Assembly (NCBI GenBank): GCA_002633005.1
Contig: NMRA01000079.1
Coordinates: forward strand, 305,798 to 369,797
DNA length: 64,000 bases
Source of the DNA: Phoronis australis
Taxonomy: Eukaryota > Animalia > Phoronida
Direction of reading: 5' to 3'
Shown: positions 24,246 through 36,500 of the stretch, piece after piece
Layout: each line of letters starts with the position of its first letter
Numbering within the stretch: position 1 is the stretch's first letter
Program-made: the position numbers and the translations under genes
The notes under the pieces: model-generated
Seen by the model: only the letters and a program-made list of their open reading frames with translations
The model's database searches: none
Told to the model about the DNA's origin: nothing

Positions 24246-26051
24246 GCTCCGAAGTACGCCAAAAACTTATATATAAAAGCAGAATATTATGTTTGAACAG
24301 GTGTTTTGCTTTATTTGAGAAGACAGTTTAATTTTGATTTTCTGTACTACTTGTACATATAACAATAAAAAACTAGTTGTGCATTAACAATATATTTCAG
24401 ATATTTGTTTTTTTGATTTAATGTTTGCAAGATTATTTTGAAAGAAATGTTGTTTGTGTTGTATATGGGTCAATTACAGCGCCACCTATTAGTAGTCAGA
24501 TACTTCTGTCGACCGAACACTTTCTTACACAGAGAAATAAAAATAAACATCTTCCGTGGAAACTTAGCTTAGCTTTTTCCGAGGAAGCATTTCACGCGTT
24601 TAGGGTCTTAAAATTTCATCGTGAAAACTATAGATTGTGACATTTCACATTAGAACTGTAGTCGCCTTTCAAGTTTTTTGCTGACCCACAAGTAGCACTG
24701 AGACCGGCGAGAAATTACTAATTATGGGTGCCAGCCAGAATTTTCCTATTTTTTATGCACTGTTTTCCAAATCGCAGTTAGGTATTGTTTATAAAATTTC
24801 CACTTTTGCATGAGGGGGCAGTCAAAAATAGGTCTTGTATGAGTTTCATGAAAAGTTGCAGAAAACGAAAACGAAACGACAATTCATAAAACTGTGACAG
24901 CGTTTTCGACATTTTGTCTTGATCATTTATATCATGCAAAATTTGCTCCTGTTATTGGTCTTGTTGTTTTGCTATGAATTTGCATTTCTTTTTTGCTAAC
25001 TTTTACCCAAAGCATGGTCGCGTGATCTACTTAATAGCAGATGGATATATCAAAATCGAATTCTACGGAGTTTCTACTTTTTGAAAAAGTAAGCTTTTGC
25101 TGCATTAAATTCTAGAGTTTTTCAAATATTTTGCTTAATAAACATACTTGTTGATAAGGTGCTACATAACCTTACAACACGTCATCACTTGAGCTGCTTC
25201 AAGTCAATGTCAAGAGCCACTCAAATAGGCCAAGGCAAGGAAAATATTATGAGTGCCCTCCCGCATCATTAGCACGTAAAAATTTTCATTGACGCACCAT
25301 GATGGCCGGGCAACCGTGCAACAGATTTGTTATAATTTCGCCTGATTTTGTTTTGAATACCACGCATTGGATTCAGAATCTATAAATACTTCTACAATGC
25401 AGAGTAGCTGATCAAAATAATAACTTGAGCTTCATGGGGTCTAGTACATTGAGGATTTACAGATCCCATTGAAATGTGGATTTATGTATTTGTTTAAAAT
25501 GAAATGCAGTTAGCCTATGAGACCAATCACTAATCGTGTAACGTACTGAGGTAGCAGACGAAATCAAACATATTTAGAAATCACCACTAAAAATCTAACC
25601 GTAAAAGGGCCCGCGCATATTCGACTAACGCGACTCATAGGCCTAAAAAATTGGCGCATAGATTGAAGCCATGTGGGTTAATTGACTCATACTCAATTTT
25701 TTTAAATTGACCCCTGCAAAGGAAACTTCCAGACAAGTTTGTGAAAGTTAATTTTTGTTTATGACGTGATTCGAAAGTGAAATACACCTTTATCTTTCTT
25801 CAAAAGTAAACTGTATATTCTGATTTTCGTTTCCTGAGTTATGTTTTCCCTTAAACCTGTGTACTGCATCAAGTTGTCTGATACACGTTCAACTTCTAAA
25901 CAATAGGGGCGAAAACAGGGGATACGCTTTTTAAGTTGTTTGTAACAAGTACTCGGATGAATAGCGAGTCTCCTCCCGGCTAACTTACTTCGGTAAATGT
26001 AACTGATCAATAAGAGCCTTCCGTTTTCTGGTTCATTACTTTAGTAGTTTT

Positions 26052-26216
26052 CAGGGGTTAGCGCGAACGCAGTCCCCCACTAACACAAATTATGCATCCG
26101 AGTAACCCACATTTGGGGTTATCGCAGGCGTCAGCCCAATCTAAGTGCAATGAAAGGGCCTCTTCCTGGAGGTTCCGCCTCACTGATCACGGAAAACCTC
26201 TATGCCAGGTAAGTAT
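26052..26216 (-). ncRNA. RNU1: U1 spliceosomal snRNA (copy 5)
   Basis: U1 hallmarks; 3' stem CGCTAACCCC gives an A-A mismatch. Confidence 0.97.
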
Positions 26217-28002
26217 GCTCCAAAGTAAGCCAAAAACTTATATATGAAAACAGAATATTATGTTTGAACAGGTGTTTTGCTTTATTTGAGAAGACAGTTT
26301 ACTTTTGATTTTCTGTACTACTTGTACATATAACAATAAAAAAACTAGTTGTGCATTAACAATATATTTCAGATATTTGTTTTTTTGATTTAATGTTTGC
26401 AAGATTATTTTGAAAGAAATGTTGTTTGTGTTGTATATGGGTCAATTACAGCGCCACCTATTAGTAGTCAGATACTTCTGTCGACCAAACACTTTCTTAC
26501 ACAGAGAAATAAAAATAAACAACTTCCGTGGAAACTTAGCTTAGATTTTTCCGAGGAAGCCTTTTACGCGTTTAGGGTCTTAAAATTTCATCGTGAAAAC
26601 TATAGATTGTGACATTTCACATTAGAACTGGAGTCGCCTTTTCAAGTTTTTTGCTGACCAACAAGTAGCTTTGAGACCGGCGAGAAATTACTAATTATGG
26701 GTGCCAGCCAGAATTTTCCTATTTTTTATGCACTGTTTTCCAAATCGCAGTTAGGTATTGTTTATAAAATTTCCACTTTTGCATGAGGGGGCAGTCAAAA
26801 ATAGGTCTTGTATGAGTTTCATGAAAAGTTGCAGAAAACAAAATGAAATGTTAATTCATAAAACTGTGACAGCGTTTTCGACATTTTGTCTTGATCATTT
26901 ATATCATGCAAAATTTGCTCCTGTTATTGGTCTTGTTGTTTTGCTGTGAATGTACATTTCTTTTTTGCTAAATTTTACCAAAAGCATGGTCGCGTGATCT
27001 ACTTAATGGCAGATGGATATATCAAAATCGAATTCTACGGAATTTCTACTTTTTAAAAAAGTAAGCTTTTGCTTATTTAAATTCTAGAGTTTTTCAAATA
27101 TTTTGCTTAATAAACATACTTGTCGATAAGTTCCTACATAACCTTACAACACGTCATCACTTGAGCTGCTTCAAGTCAATGTCAAAAGCCACTCCAATTG
27201 GCCAAGGCAAGGAAAATATTATGAGCGCCCTCACGCGTCTTTAGCGCGTAAAAAATCTCATTGACGCACCATGGTTGCCGGAACAACGTGCAATAAATCT
27301 TATAATTTCGCCTGATTTTGTTTTGAATACCACGCATTGGATTCAGAATCTATAAATACTACTACAATGCAGAGTAGCTGATCAAAACAATAACTTGAGC
27401 GTCATGGGGTCCAGCACATTGAGGAACTACAGATCCCATTGAAATGTGGATTTGTGTATTTGTTTAAAATGAAATGCAGTTAGCCTATGAGACCAATCAC
27501 AAATCGCGTAACGTACTGAGGTAGCAAACGAAATCACACATATTTAGAAATCACCACTAAAAATCTAACCGTAGAAGGGCGCATATTCGACTAACGCGAC
27601 CCATAGGCCTTAAAAATTGGCGCATAGATTGAGGCCATGCGGGTTAATTGACGCATAATCACGTTTTTTCAAATCGACCCTTGCAAAGGAAACTTCCAGA
27701 TAAGTTTGTGAAAATTAATTTTTGTTTATGACGTGATTCGAAAGTGAAATGCACCTTTATCTTTTTTGAACAGTTTTTCGTTTCCAGAGTTATGTTTTCT
27801 CTTAAACCTGTGTCCTGCATCAAGTTGTCTGATACACGTTCAATTTCTCAAAAAATAGGAACGAAAACAGGGGATACGCTTTTTAAGTTGTTTGTAACAA
27901 GTACTCGAATAAATAGCGAGTCTCCTCCCTGCTAACTTACTTCGGTAAACCTAGCTGATTAATAAGAGTCTTCATTTTCTGGGTCATTACTTTAGTAGTT
28001 TT

Positions 28003-28168
28003 CAGGGGATAGCGCGAACGCAGTCCCCCACTAACACAAATTATGCATCCGAGTAACCCACATTTGGGGTTATCGCAGGCGTCAGCCCAATCTAAGTGCA
28101 ATGAAAGGGCCTCTTCCTGGAGGTTCCGCCTCACTGATCACGGAAAACCCTCTATGCCAGGTAAGTAT
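28003..28168 (-). ncRNA. RNU1: U1 spliceosomal snRNA (copy 6)
   Basis: U1 hallmarks; one extra G in stem I. Confidence 0.97.
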
Positions 28169-28939
28169 GAGTTACAGGACGTCAAAATTTTATATATAAC
28201 ATAAAAAATTTCTGTTTGAACAGGTATTTGTATTTATTTGACAAGACAGTTCATTTTTACCTTTTCTTTGTACTACTTGTACATATAACCATGAAAGAAG
28301 CTGATTATGCATAAACAATATTCCAAATTTTCCTTTTTTTACTGGTTTCAAGATTATTTTGCAAGAAATGTTGTTTTATGTTGCATATAGGTCAATTACA
28401 GCGCCACCTATTAGTATTCCCAGACAAATGCTCAGTCTTAAAATGGTACCGGTATCCGAAAAGCATCTGATTCCGCCATTTCTCAATGGAATTAGGTCGC
28501 TTTTTCAAGTTTTCACTTCCACTAGGTAGGTTTTTTGCTGACCCACGAGAAACGCTTTATCATAAAAGACCACTTGCCAAGGCCCGACGTAGGCCTAACG
28601 GTTCTTTGGAACAGGGGTAGGCCTACCAGCCAGAAAGTTTTGCCCGGGTCGTGCACCCGGGATTTTACTTATCTAACAACTGATTTCGTGACAAATAGGC
28701 ATGAACTGTTTTGCTTACTATTTACTGTTTACTCTATATAATCTGTTAAATGACAAGTGGTCACTATGGAGTACACGGCCAACCAAGTGCTCTGGTTTAA
28801 ATTTACTACATGTAGGTAAATTGGGCTATTTAAAAATCAACGTTAGTCATGCGACGTGTTTTTAAACAGAAGTAGAAATTTTCGATTATCAACCGTATTT
28901 AAAATTGGTCAATCGACAACCCATATCTGACGAACGATC

Positions 28940-29280
28940 GCTCCCTGGTTTGATGCGGTGATCAACGTAGTGGGAATGTACTGATGCGTTACGTTTTTAA
29001 CAGACGTGTTTTCTGACTGCATCAACATAGTTTTCTGACACTCATTCTTATAGCCATGCTCCGGATCCAAAATAGAGTAATGTTGCTCAACACCTGTGAA
29101 AGGCTTGCGTCATAACGCGCCAGTTGGCATCACGATTTACTACAGGAAATTATTTTCACGAATTAATATATGCTTTACAAACGTTTGTTTCCGGCAACAG
29201 TTTTTACTGTCTCGTGCATGGTCTAGTCAGGTTTGTGTTTGCTAACAACTATTATGAATGGTTTGGTTGCTACTACAATT
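28940..29280 (+). pseudogene. Decayed duplicate of the 3' part of the MFS transporter last exon
   Basis: gtaatgttgctcaacacctgtg vs gtaatgttgctcaacgcctgtg (21892); ggtttgtgtttgctaacaactattatgaatgg vs ggtttgtgcttgcttgcaactattgttaatgg (22036); indels, no ORF. Confidence 0.75.
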
Positions 29281-29834
29281 GAAAGAAACGGATTACCATA
29301 GAAATGGTCGTGGTAAGAGTCTCAGGTCGGTGATTAGCCACCACTGATTCCTGGAAACATTCCATTGTATCCTGATAACTCATGGTTGACCGTGAAATGG
29401 AAAGAACGGTGATTTAGGCACCTTCAAATGGGAAGCACATAGACCTTAGTAAATGCTCCCCATCCTAATAAGTCCGAGATTTGCATTACGTGACCAATCC
29501 TGCTGTTGCGAGAATGAGTGACGTTTCAAAATACAGTGTTTAGTTTTTACGCGTAGGCTATCTTCACTTTCGAACAAGCGAACTGATCAGACAGGCACTT
29601 ATTGAGGCAGGTGCCCGTTCGTAGATGCAATACACGCGAAGCCGCAAGATCACGCAGTTCTTCGCTAGACATTGCCATGTATTACAAGCAAAGCCCCGAA
29701 GCCGGGTATGCAGGCAGTAATGGAGATGCTCAGCTCATTTACAATTTTTCTGATAAAATAAAATTCACTAAGCAGTGTGTATGGAAACTATTAACTGTTA
29801 AGTGTTAACAATATGTTGGATGTAATTACAACGC

Positions 29835-30075
29835 GAGGAGGCCGTGTGGCCTAGTTTGATGGGTGCCCGATTTCTTTACTCGAGGTCGTGGGTTCGAGTC
29901 ACACTGGGCCACACTGCTAGACCATTGAGTCAGGTTTCTAGCTCCTCAGATCGGTTTTAATTATATATTAATAAAGCATTAAAATGGTTCCAGGCGATCA
30001 GTGGTAATGGGCCCACATGCGCAGCCTGCGCACGTCTGGTACAACGTGTATCAGACCGCCTACAATTATTTTTTT
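29835..30075 (+). mobile_element. tRNA-derived SINE (copy 1)
   Basis: A-box tggcctagtttg, B-box ggttcgagtc, T-rich tail; aligns along its length with 60358-60603. Confidence 0.85.
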
Positions 30076-30533
30076 AAAACTGCAATTATCTTCCTTTCAT
30101 ATTTTGATCTATATATGCAAATTACAGGTCATCTGGCCAAAATGGCACCCTTGAAGATAAGAAAACGTGGTTATTAACAAGTGATCAAGTAAATTGCGCT
30201 GATAATAGGATTGCATTTATCTTAACTGCAATTGTAAATGATCACCGAGTATAGAAAAAGACAACGCATATTGACAGGTAAGTCTGAAGTTAGTCGGGAT
30301 TTCTGTTTTACAATCTATTTTCAATCAAAAGTTATCGCTAGCTCCCGACTATAACTTACGATTAGGAAGTTACCCAGGCCATGAGGGGTTCCAACCCCAC
30401 GCCAGAGGGCGCGCATTCGTGGAACATCTAGCAAAGCCTGTGATCGCAGTACTTTACTCGCGAGAATTTATCCACGGAACTCCTGCTCGGTTTTTTCAGT
30501 TTTGACAAGCAACTATTAACAATTTTGATTTGA

Positions 30534-33500
30534 TCAACGGTTGAATGGGATGTCATGTCTGTGGCTCTTTTTCTGCGTTGCCATTATGTCGAGACCCCTG
30601 GAAACGGGTGTCGGCGTGTGGTAGTTCAGTGGCAGACGTCTCCTGTTTGGGTTTATTAATTGACTTTCATCACCTCTCCGGTCGCTGATCAGCAGTTCCC
30701 GAGACCTGTTACTTCCGGGGACTACCGGTAGTTGTCGCTTGTGATGGAGCTGATGGTGTTGGCGTTGCTGATATGGTGAATGAGCCTCTCTGTGGGGATG
30801 GTGGTGTCTACTGTGATCGGTTGCTTGGGACATGAGTTCGTTGAGCAGCGGTGCTTCCTGAATGTTGCGAGCCTTTCCTGAAACAAGCACGCGGCCGTAC
30901 AATTGTTCTTTCCCGTCGTCGTGCTCCCATGCATGTCTATGAAGATCTCGTCCGGCTGTGAAGGGTCGGCTGGGCTCTTCATGGCGAATAGGAGCAACCT
31001 GTAAATAGATTAGTCAGCGTGATACAGGTCGTCAACTGTAACCAGTCTTATTTGAAATCCAGTCGTGCAATTTTTTCAAGTTAATGTTTTTAACTATTGT
31101 GACATGTGGAACGTATTGCGCGAAGGTCGCTTCGTGCTTGTTTAACCTTGTTAAATATCACCGCATCTTCGCTTGGTCTAAAAAATGTAGAGCAAATATT
31201 GTCATAACGAGCTCGTAAAATGACCTGCGTTGTAGGCCTACCAGCTCAATAATTACAAACAGCCGGTCTCACCCAAAACCGTCCAACTTTACCTTGGCAC
31301 TTATTGGCCTTTTGTCTTCTCCCTCTTGTTTGCTTAAGTGACTGTCCTGCTGAGATGTATTCGGAAGGTACATCCTCCGCGACATGCCGAGCTGGTCGAA
31401 ACCCAACGAGCTACCGCCAAAAAAGAAATTGTTCTCTTCCGGCTTGCCAGCAACGAAGGAAGCTGACGTGTCGGCCTCCAAGTCGTTGAAGTTACCCAAC
31501 ATCTGAATTCTGCTCTTGAAGTCTTTCCTACAAGTGGAATTGCATGGTGGTATAAAGGAAAACGTGAACAATGGAACTGGTTAGGCCAGTTACAAGAGAG
31601 TTGGAAATGTTCGTTTTCGTGGTCAAGCGTATGGTTATGTATAATTTTAAACTTTTTATGTAAACCAAATCAGGTGCCACTTTCACAAAAAAATTGAAAC
31701 TTTGCCACCTTTTCAGTTATTAAAGACAAAAGTGGCGGCGCGGGGTTTTCCGAACAGAGGTCTCGTTTCAACTTCCTGTTTGAATCTCAGATAAGGTCTG
31801 CGTTTCGCAGACTCCAACACATTAGCATGCACTTGCTGTGAAAAATCCTTCACTTATGGAACGAATACGATCCCATAAGTTACTTAATGTAATTTAACAT
31901 TCCGAGTTCCCTGACTAATCATTTAAGTGGCCGCCTTTTCTTGGATAGTGAGCTTTCGGACATACTCGCTAAACAATCGCCTTGCACTCACGTGACGCTA
32001 CCCGCCTCCCATTCAGTAACTCGACTAGAACCTCGCTAAAAAGCAAGACTTCGCGAGATTACGTGAGATATTGCCGTGTATTTCAAATAACATCACGTGA
32101 CTTTGGCTAGATTTTAGCTAGGTCCTAGCGTGGGTCGTAGCGTCACTGAACACACGCCAGGTCTTGCTTTTCTCGCGAGAAACTTGGTCTACGCATTGTT
32201 GCGTTGGTTATTGCTAAAGGTGTCAAAAATTGTAGTTCTTGCTATGCTACATGTACCAGACTTATGAATCACATCAACCTTCTTAATTTCTACTAAGCAC
32301 GGGCGTCTTAGTAGATATGGAGGGTTCCCCAAAATGAAAATAATTCGTAAACCTTGACAGTGAAAAAATGGCGACGACATGTTACAACACCTCCATTAGA
32401 AACGTTTTTGATTTCCGAGCCACTGCCGGTGCAAGTAACTGTGTTTCGTTGGCCTAATAATATTACCTGCGCCTTCGGCAAGAACAGCAAACAATGTTGA
32501 AGATCTCAAACATCATGGCGCCAAATTCAATTACGGAGATGCACGAGATTCCAACGAAGAATGCGGAGGCACCACCAATATAGATCAATAGCCAAATCCA
32601 CTGAAACATAATTTACTTAAGTCAATATACAGCGAAGTCTAGGGGGGAAAGTAGTTTTTTATGAGGCGGTAAAAGTGTTGCTCTTTGTGTCGTGAAAAGC
32701 ACTGCATGGAGACATACGTTTTTGGAGGCACTAACGAAGGCATGCATACAAAGTAAGCTTGAGAGGATTAGTTCCAACAATTTATAAATGAACAAACTTC
32801 AGTTTACCAAAGAAATTTTATGAATGCAAATCACAGGAAATGAAAAGCATGACAACGGGTTAATTACCGAAAACTGCTGTTCCCTTCTTTGTTCAACGGG
32901 TGCACTGTCTAAGTTGATTTCCACGTACGCCAAGTTCTGTCTGTAAATAGGTGACGTAGCCAACTCAATTCAAGACACTAACCCAAAACTGTGATTCACA
33001 CATCTCTAGAAAGTTTCTATTGCTAATGAGATTACTGTCGTGTAGCAGCCTATTTGTATTATATTTGGAAATTTGCAACAGGTCCTATAACGCAAGACCA
33101 ATTCCAGAGTCTGTTAACGCAGGTGCAGATCTAGGGTCGTGGTGCGCTGGCGGCGGCCAGAACGAGGCTAGTTTAAACATACGCCACTACTTCATCACGA
33201 ACGACCGATCAAAGGGTTTAATTTCATCACAACTATGGAGTCCTTCAAACAGGTCGGGTTGTGAACGGAATATTCAATTCTCAGATTTCCATTTCAAGAA
33301 ACATGACAAACTGATTTGGGTCACCATTGCCACATATAAATAACAACATTTAAGTAACAGCCTTCTCGGACCACAAACTCTCGAGGTTAAACATATTACT
33401 TTAGACAAACGTTTAGAACCGGGACCGTTGCAAAAGTATCACAACCCTAACGAAAACTTGGAAAGCGGCACACTACACAAATCTGCAAAGCAGGCCCACG

Positions 33501-36500
33501 TGTACATGTAGACGAAAGCGCTGACGTGTAAAACCGGTACTGACAAGCTTGGGAGTCAAGAACACGTACCTCTCGCCGGTTTAAAGTAGATTACCCTGGG
33601 TACCAGAGTGCTATAACATGAAAGCTCTATACTGCATCAATCTCCAATTTTCATTGGATTTCTTCAACATTTCGATCATAACGATTCATGAAACACAAGA
33701 CCAAGTGTTCAATCCGTGATGTTACCATGTGTAATTGAGAACGTTACTCGTATCAAAGAATGGACATGAAATGTTCCAACCCTGATAAAAATAATTGTGT
33801 TGAGAGACATTACTGTCCGTGGCTTTGGTCAAGGTCTAGTTTCAAGTTTTAAGGACTGGGACATACAAACATATCATTGAAATGTGGAGTAATAAATTGA
33901 ATGAAACAAAATAAAATACGTCATACCTTATGTAATCGAGAGATGTTGGTTTTGATGATTTCACCAGGCGTCGCTGCAGGTGAGGAAGGTGAACAGTAGA
34001 TGGCCACGTGAACTGCGACGTCATCAAAGGTACGTAACTCGTCTCGCTAGAACAAAGACATCCTCCCTCGAAATACAGGAGCAATTGCAACTTTGCAGTG
34101 ACATCAGTGATCGACATTGGAACACGTTCGCGGAATCGAACTAAAACTATTTTTTCAAGAATGAAAATCTTATCTTAAGCTGTAAAAAAACACCTTCCCT
34201 ACAAGAAAATAACTGTTTATTTAGACCCCTTAATGCTCTGACATGGGTCTAGTCATGTTCCTTACATACTCACATGAAAAGTGGTTTCTGGGTTTATGAC
34301 AGTTGGGGTTACTTCTTAAAACCGTGCTCACTGGTGCATGAAATGCCACGTAGTGTGACCTACCAATTGGAGCCTCATCACAAGCACTAACGAGGTGTCA
34401 TTTCTTTGGAAGACCTGAAATCACCTCCAATTTAACTAAGGAACTATTTCAGACCAATTTCATAACGGTAAGCGGTCGAAATCAGCAAAAGTTGGTTTTG
34501 TCATCGATGGCGAGATATTTTTCGTTGATTCACTTGGCAGCGCATCTTCTACACCAAGATTCCGCGGAAACTATTCAAAGTAATACTTACCGACAAGATT
34601 GTTTGCAATTGCATTCGATGACGTCGGATGAGTACAAATATTCAATGGCTTCTTTGCACAAATCTACAACAACAAACTGTGTTCAGGACTGACAATTTTA
34701 AACAATTTTCACTGAGAATGTCTGGCCACCTACTTTATCTTTTCAAAAGTAGTTGGGTATTTGCGAAAATGTTATGTTTGTTTGCGTCATGATGATTTTG
34801 AAGAAAATTGTTTTTATTGTGCTTACATTGAGTTCTGTTGAATGGGTTGCAGTCTGTAGTTTGCCCGTCTCCATAATGACTGCAGGCGCACGTGCTGTAG
34901 ATGTTGTCTGCTAAACATTTCTCTAGGCATGCGCCATGCACGAAACCCTTCTTTTCTTCGCACTCAGGCTTAAGATGCTCTGTTACAACCTTGGGAAAAT
35001 AAAAAAAACAAAATATGATAATTAAAATATCACCAACTTTAATTTTTTGCTATCTTTTGTTATTTTTCATAGAAATTTTCAACAATGGTTGCAGTAAGAA
35101 GAAATCAGCGATATTAGGAAATCTAAGGAAACAGTTCGCTAGAAAGTCCGCACTGATCAAAATATTCCTTTTCTCTGACTTCTAAATTGGGCAATTTCTC
35201 AGAATTTCTCCCCACTTTTTCGGGTAATAATATCGACTGTGGCACTAGATTACAGTAATCTATTTTCAACATGAGAGGACAACATATCGCGAAAACTCCG
35301 TTGACTATTGCAGACGTAACTAATTGAACAACTACCTAGTTTCCTAGTAACGCAGAGGATCAGATAAATACTGTGGAATCGCCCAAATCTAGGTGTAACG
35401 GTTGGAAGTCAAACCTAGGACTATTACTACCAGGTCAAACTCGACAAGTCTACTGTGATTCCCAACTGGTGACATGCGCAGCCAATTTAAAGGTCCAGTC
35501 ATTGAATTGTTTCTTGGTCCTGCGTTTACCTTTTTTACAGAAATCACATTTCTCACTCCAGCCGCTACTTCGATGGGCGTCACGTCATAAAAACGTGCGC
35601 TTGCTGGATGAATGAAGATTTTGGCGCCAACAACTTCAGACAGGAAGCGCACATACTCGTAACTTTCAAGGTCAAGGATTAAAGACACGCCTGAAAAAAA
35701 GCAAACCTTTTACTCTTGTTCTTCACCTTTGGGGAGGTTGAGGAAGGGTGGAACCTCAAGATACAGGGTGCGACAGAAAGATCTGGTGCACTTGTAGGTT
35801 TAATATAAACGTCAAATAGAGTCAACATCAAAAATGAGTTTTTGTGTTCGAAATATACCCGGAATCTCCGAAAATAGGCCCATTTAAAAGTAGGCCCATG
35901 CGTATGTAATATGTTCTGGCAAGACATTATATTTTGAGATCACAATGTCGCTCAAATGACTATCATTTTAGCGTAATTTTACGTAGTTGAAAACAGTGTT
36001 GAGTGAATGATTAATGATAAATGGTAACAATATTAGCACTTTGCTCATCATTGTTACGTTAATTCATTTTAAACGGCTGATCTGTCTTCCCATGAAAATT
36101 CCGCATCTGAATTGCGCGATTTTACTGTTGTCGGTTACTGTGTTGCCATACACAGTGTTAGCATGCCGTCCGATCATAAAGTAAATCGGACGTCTGATCC
36201 GCTGTTTGCAAAAAAATAGCATTTGAATGTCAATGACTCATTCAGTTTACGTTATCATCATCAGCTCCCAAATAAGAAAGATACATTCCGAAAATACTAG
36301 CACATATTACACAAAGACGGTAAACGGGAACCCTATGTGACATGCGCGCTCCCAGCCTTTAATATGGGGGGCTCGAATTTCCGACGATGTGGACCTTTTA
36401 CTAACAAAAAAGCAGGAGAACCAAAAAACGAGATACCACGTTCGGAGCTGTGAATTGTGCGAATTGTGCGTTTACGCCTTTTTAGTGGACTTTTGTCTCG

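Larger units (their letters stand above)
24060..28540. repeat. Tandem ~1.96 kb U1 repeat units (two full, one partial), homologous to 4500-7390
   Basis: 24246-26050 and 26217-28000 are near-identical; U1 +1 spacing is 1971 and 1952 bp (1997 and 2098 bp in the first cluster). Confidence 0.9.

Noticed and set aside
24425-24640. Repeated short ORFs (MQDYFERNVV..., also 26397 and similar at 3961, 4813)
   Set aside because: Translations of the duplicated U1 upstream region; frames are not conserved between copies.
27937-28134. 65-aa ORF overlapping U1 copy 6
   Set aside because: Incidental reading of a structured RNA gene.
29835-29910. Possible tRNA gene (also 60358-60435)
   Set aside because: No clean cloverleaf or acceptor stem; continues into a shared body and tail, so it is a SINE head.
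34343-34415. Candidate extra DEG/ENaC exon (ttcag...gtagg on minus strand)
   Set aside because: Introduces an in-frame TAG; flanking exons already join in phase.
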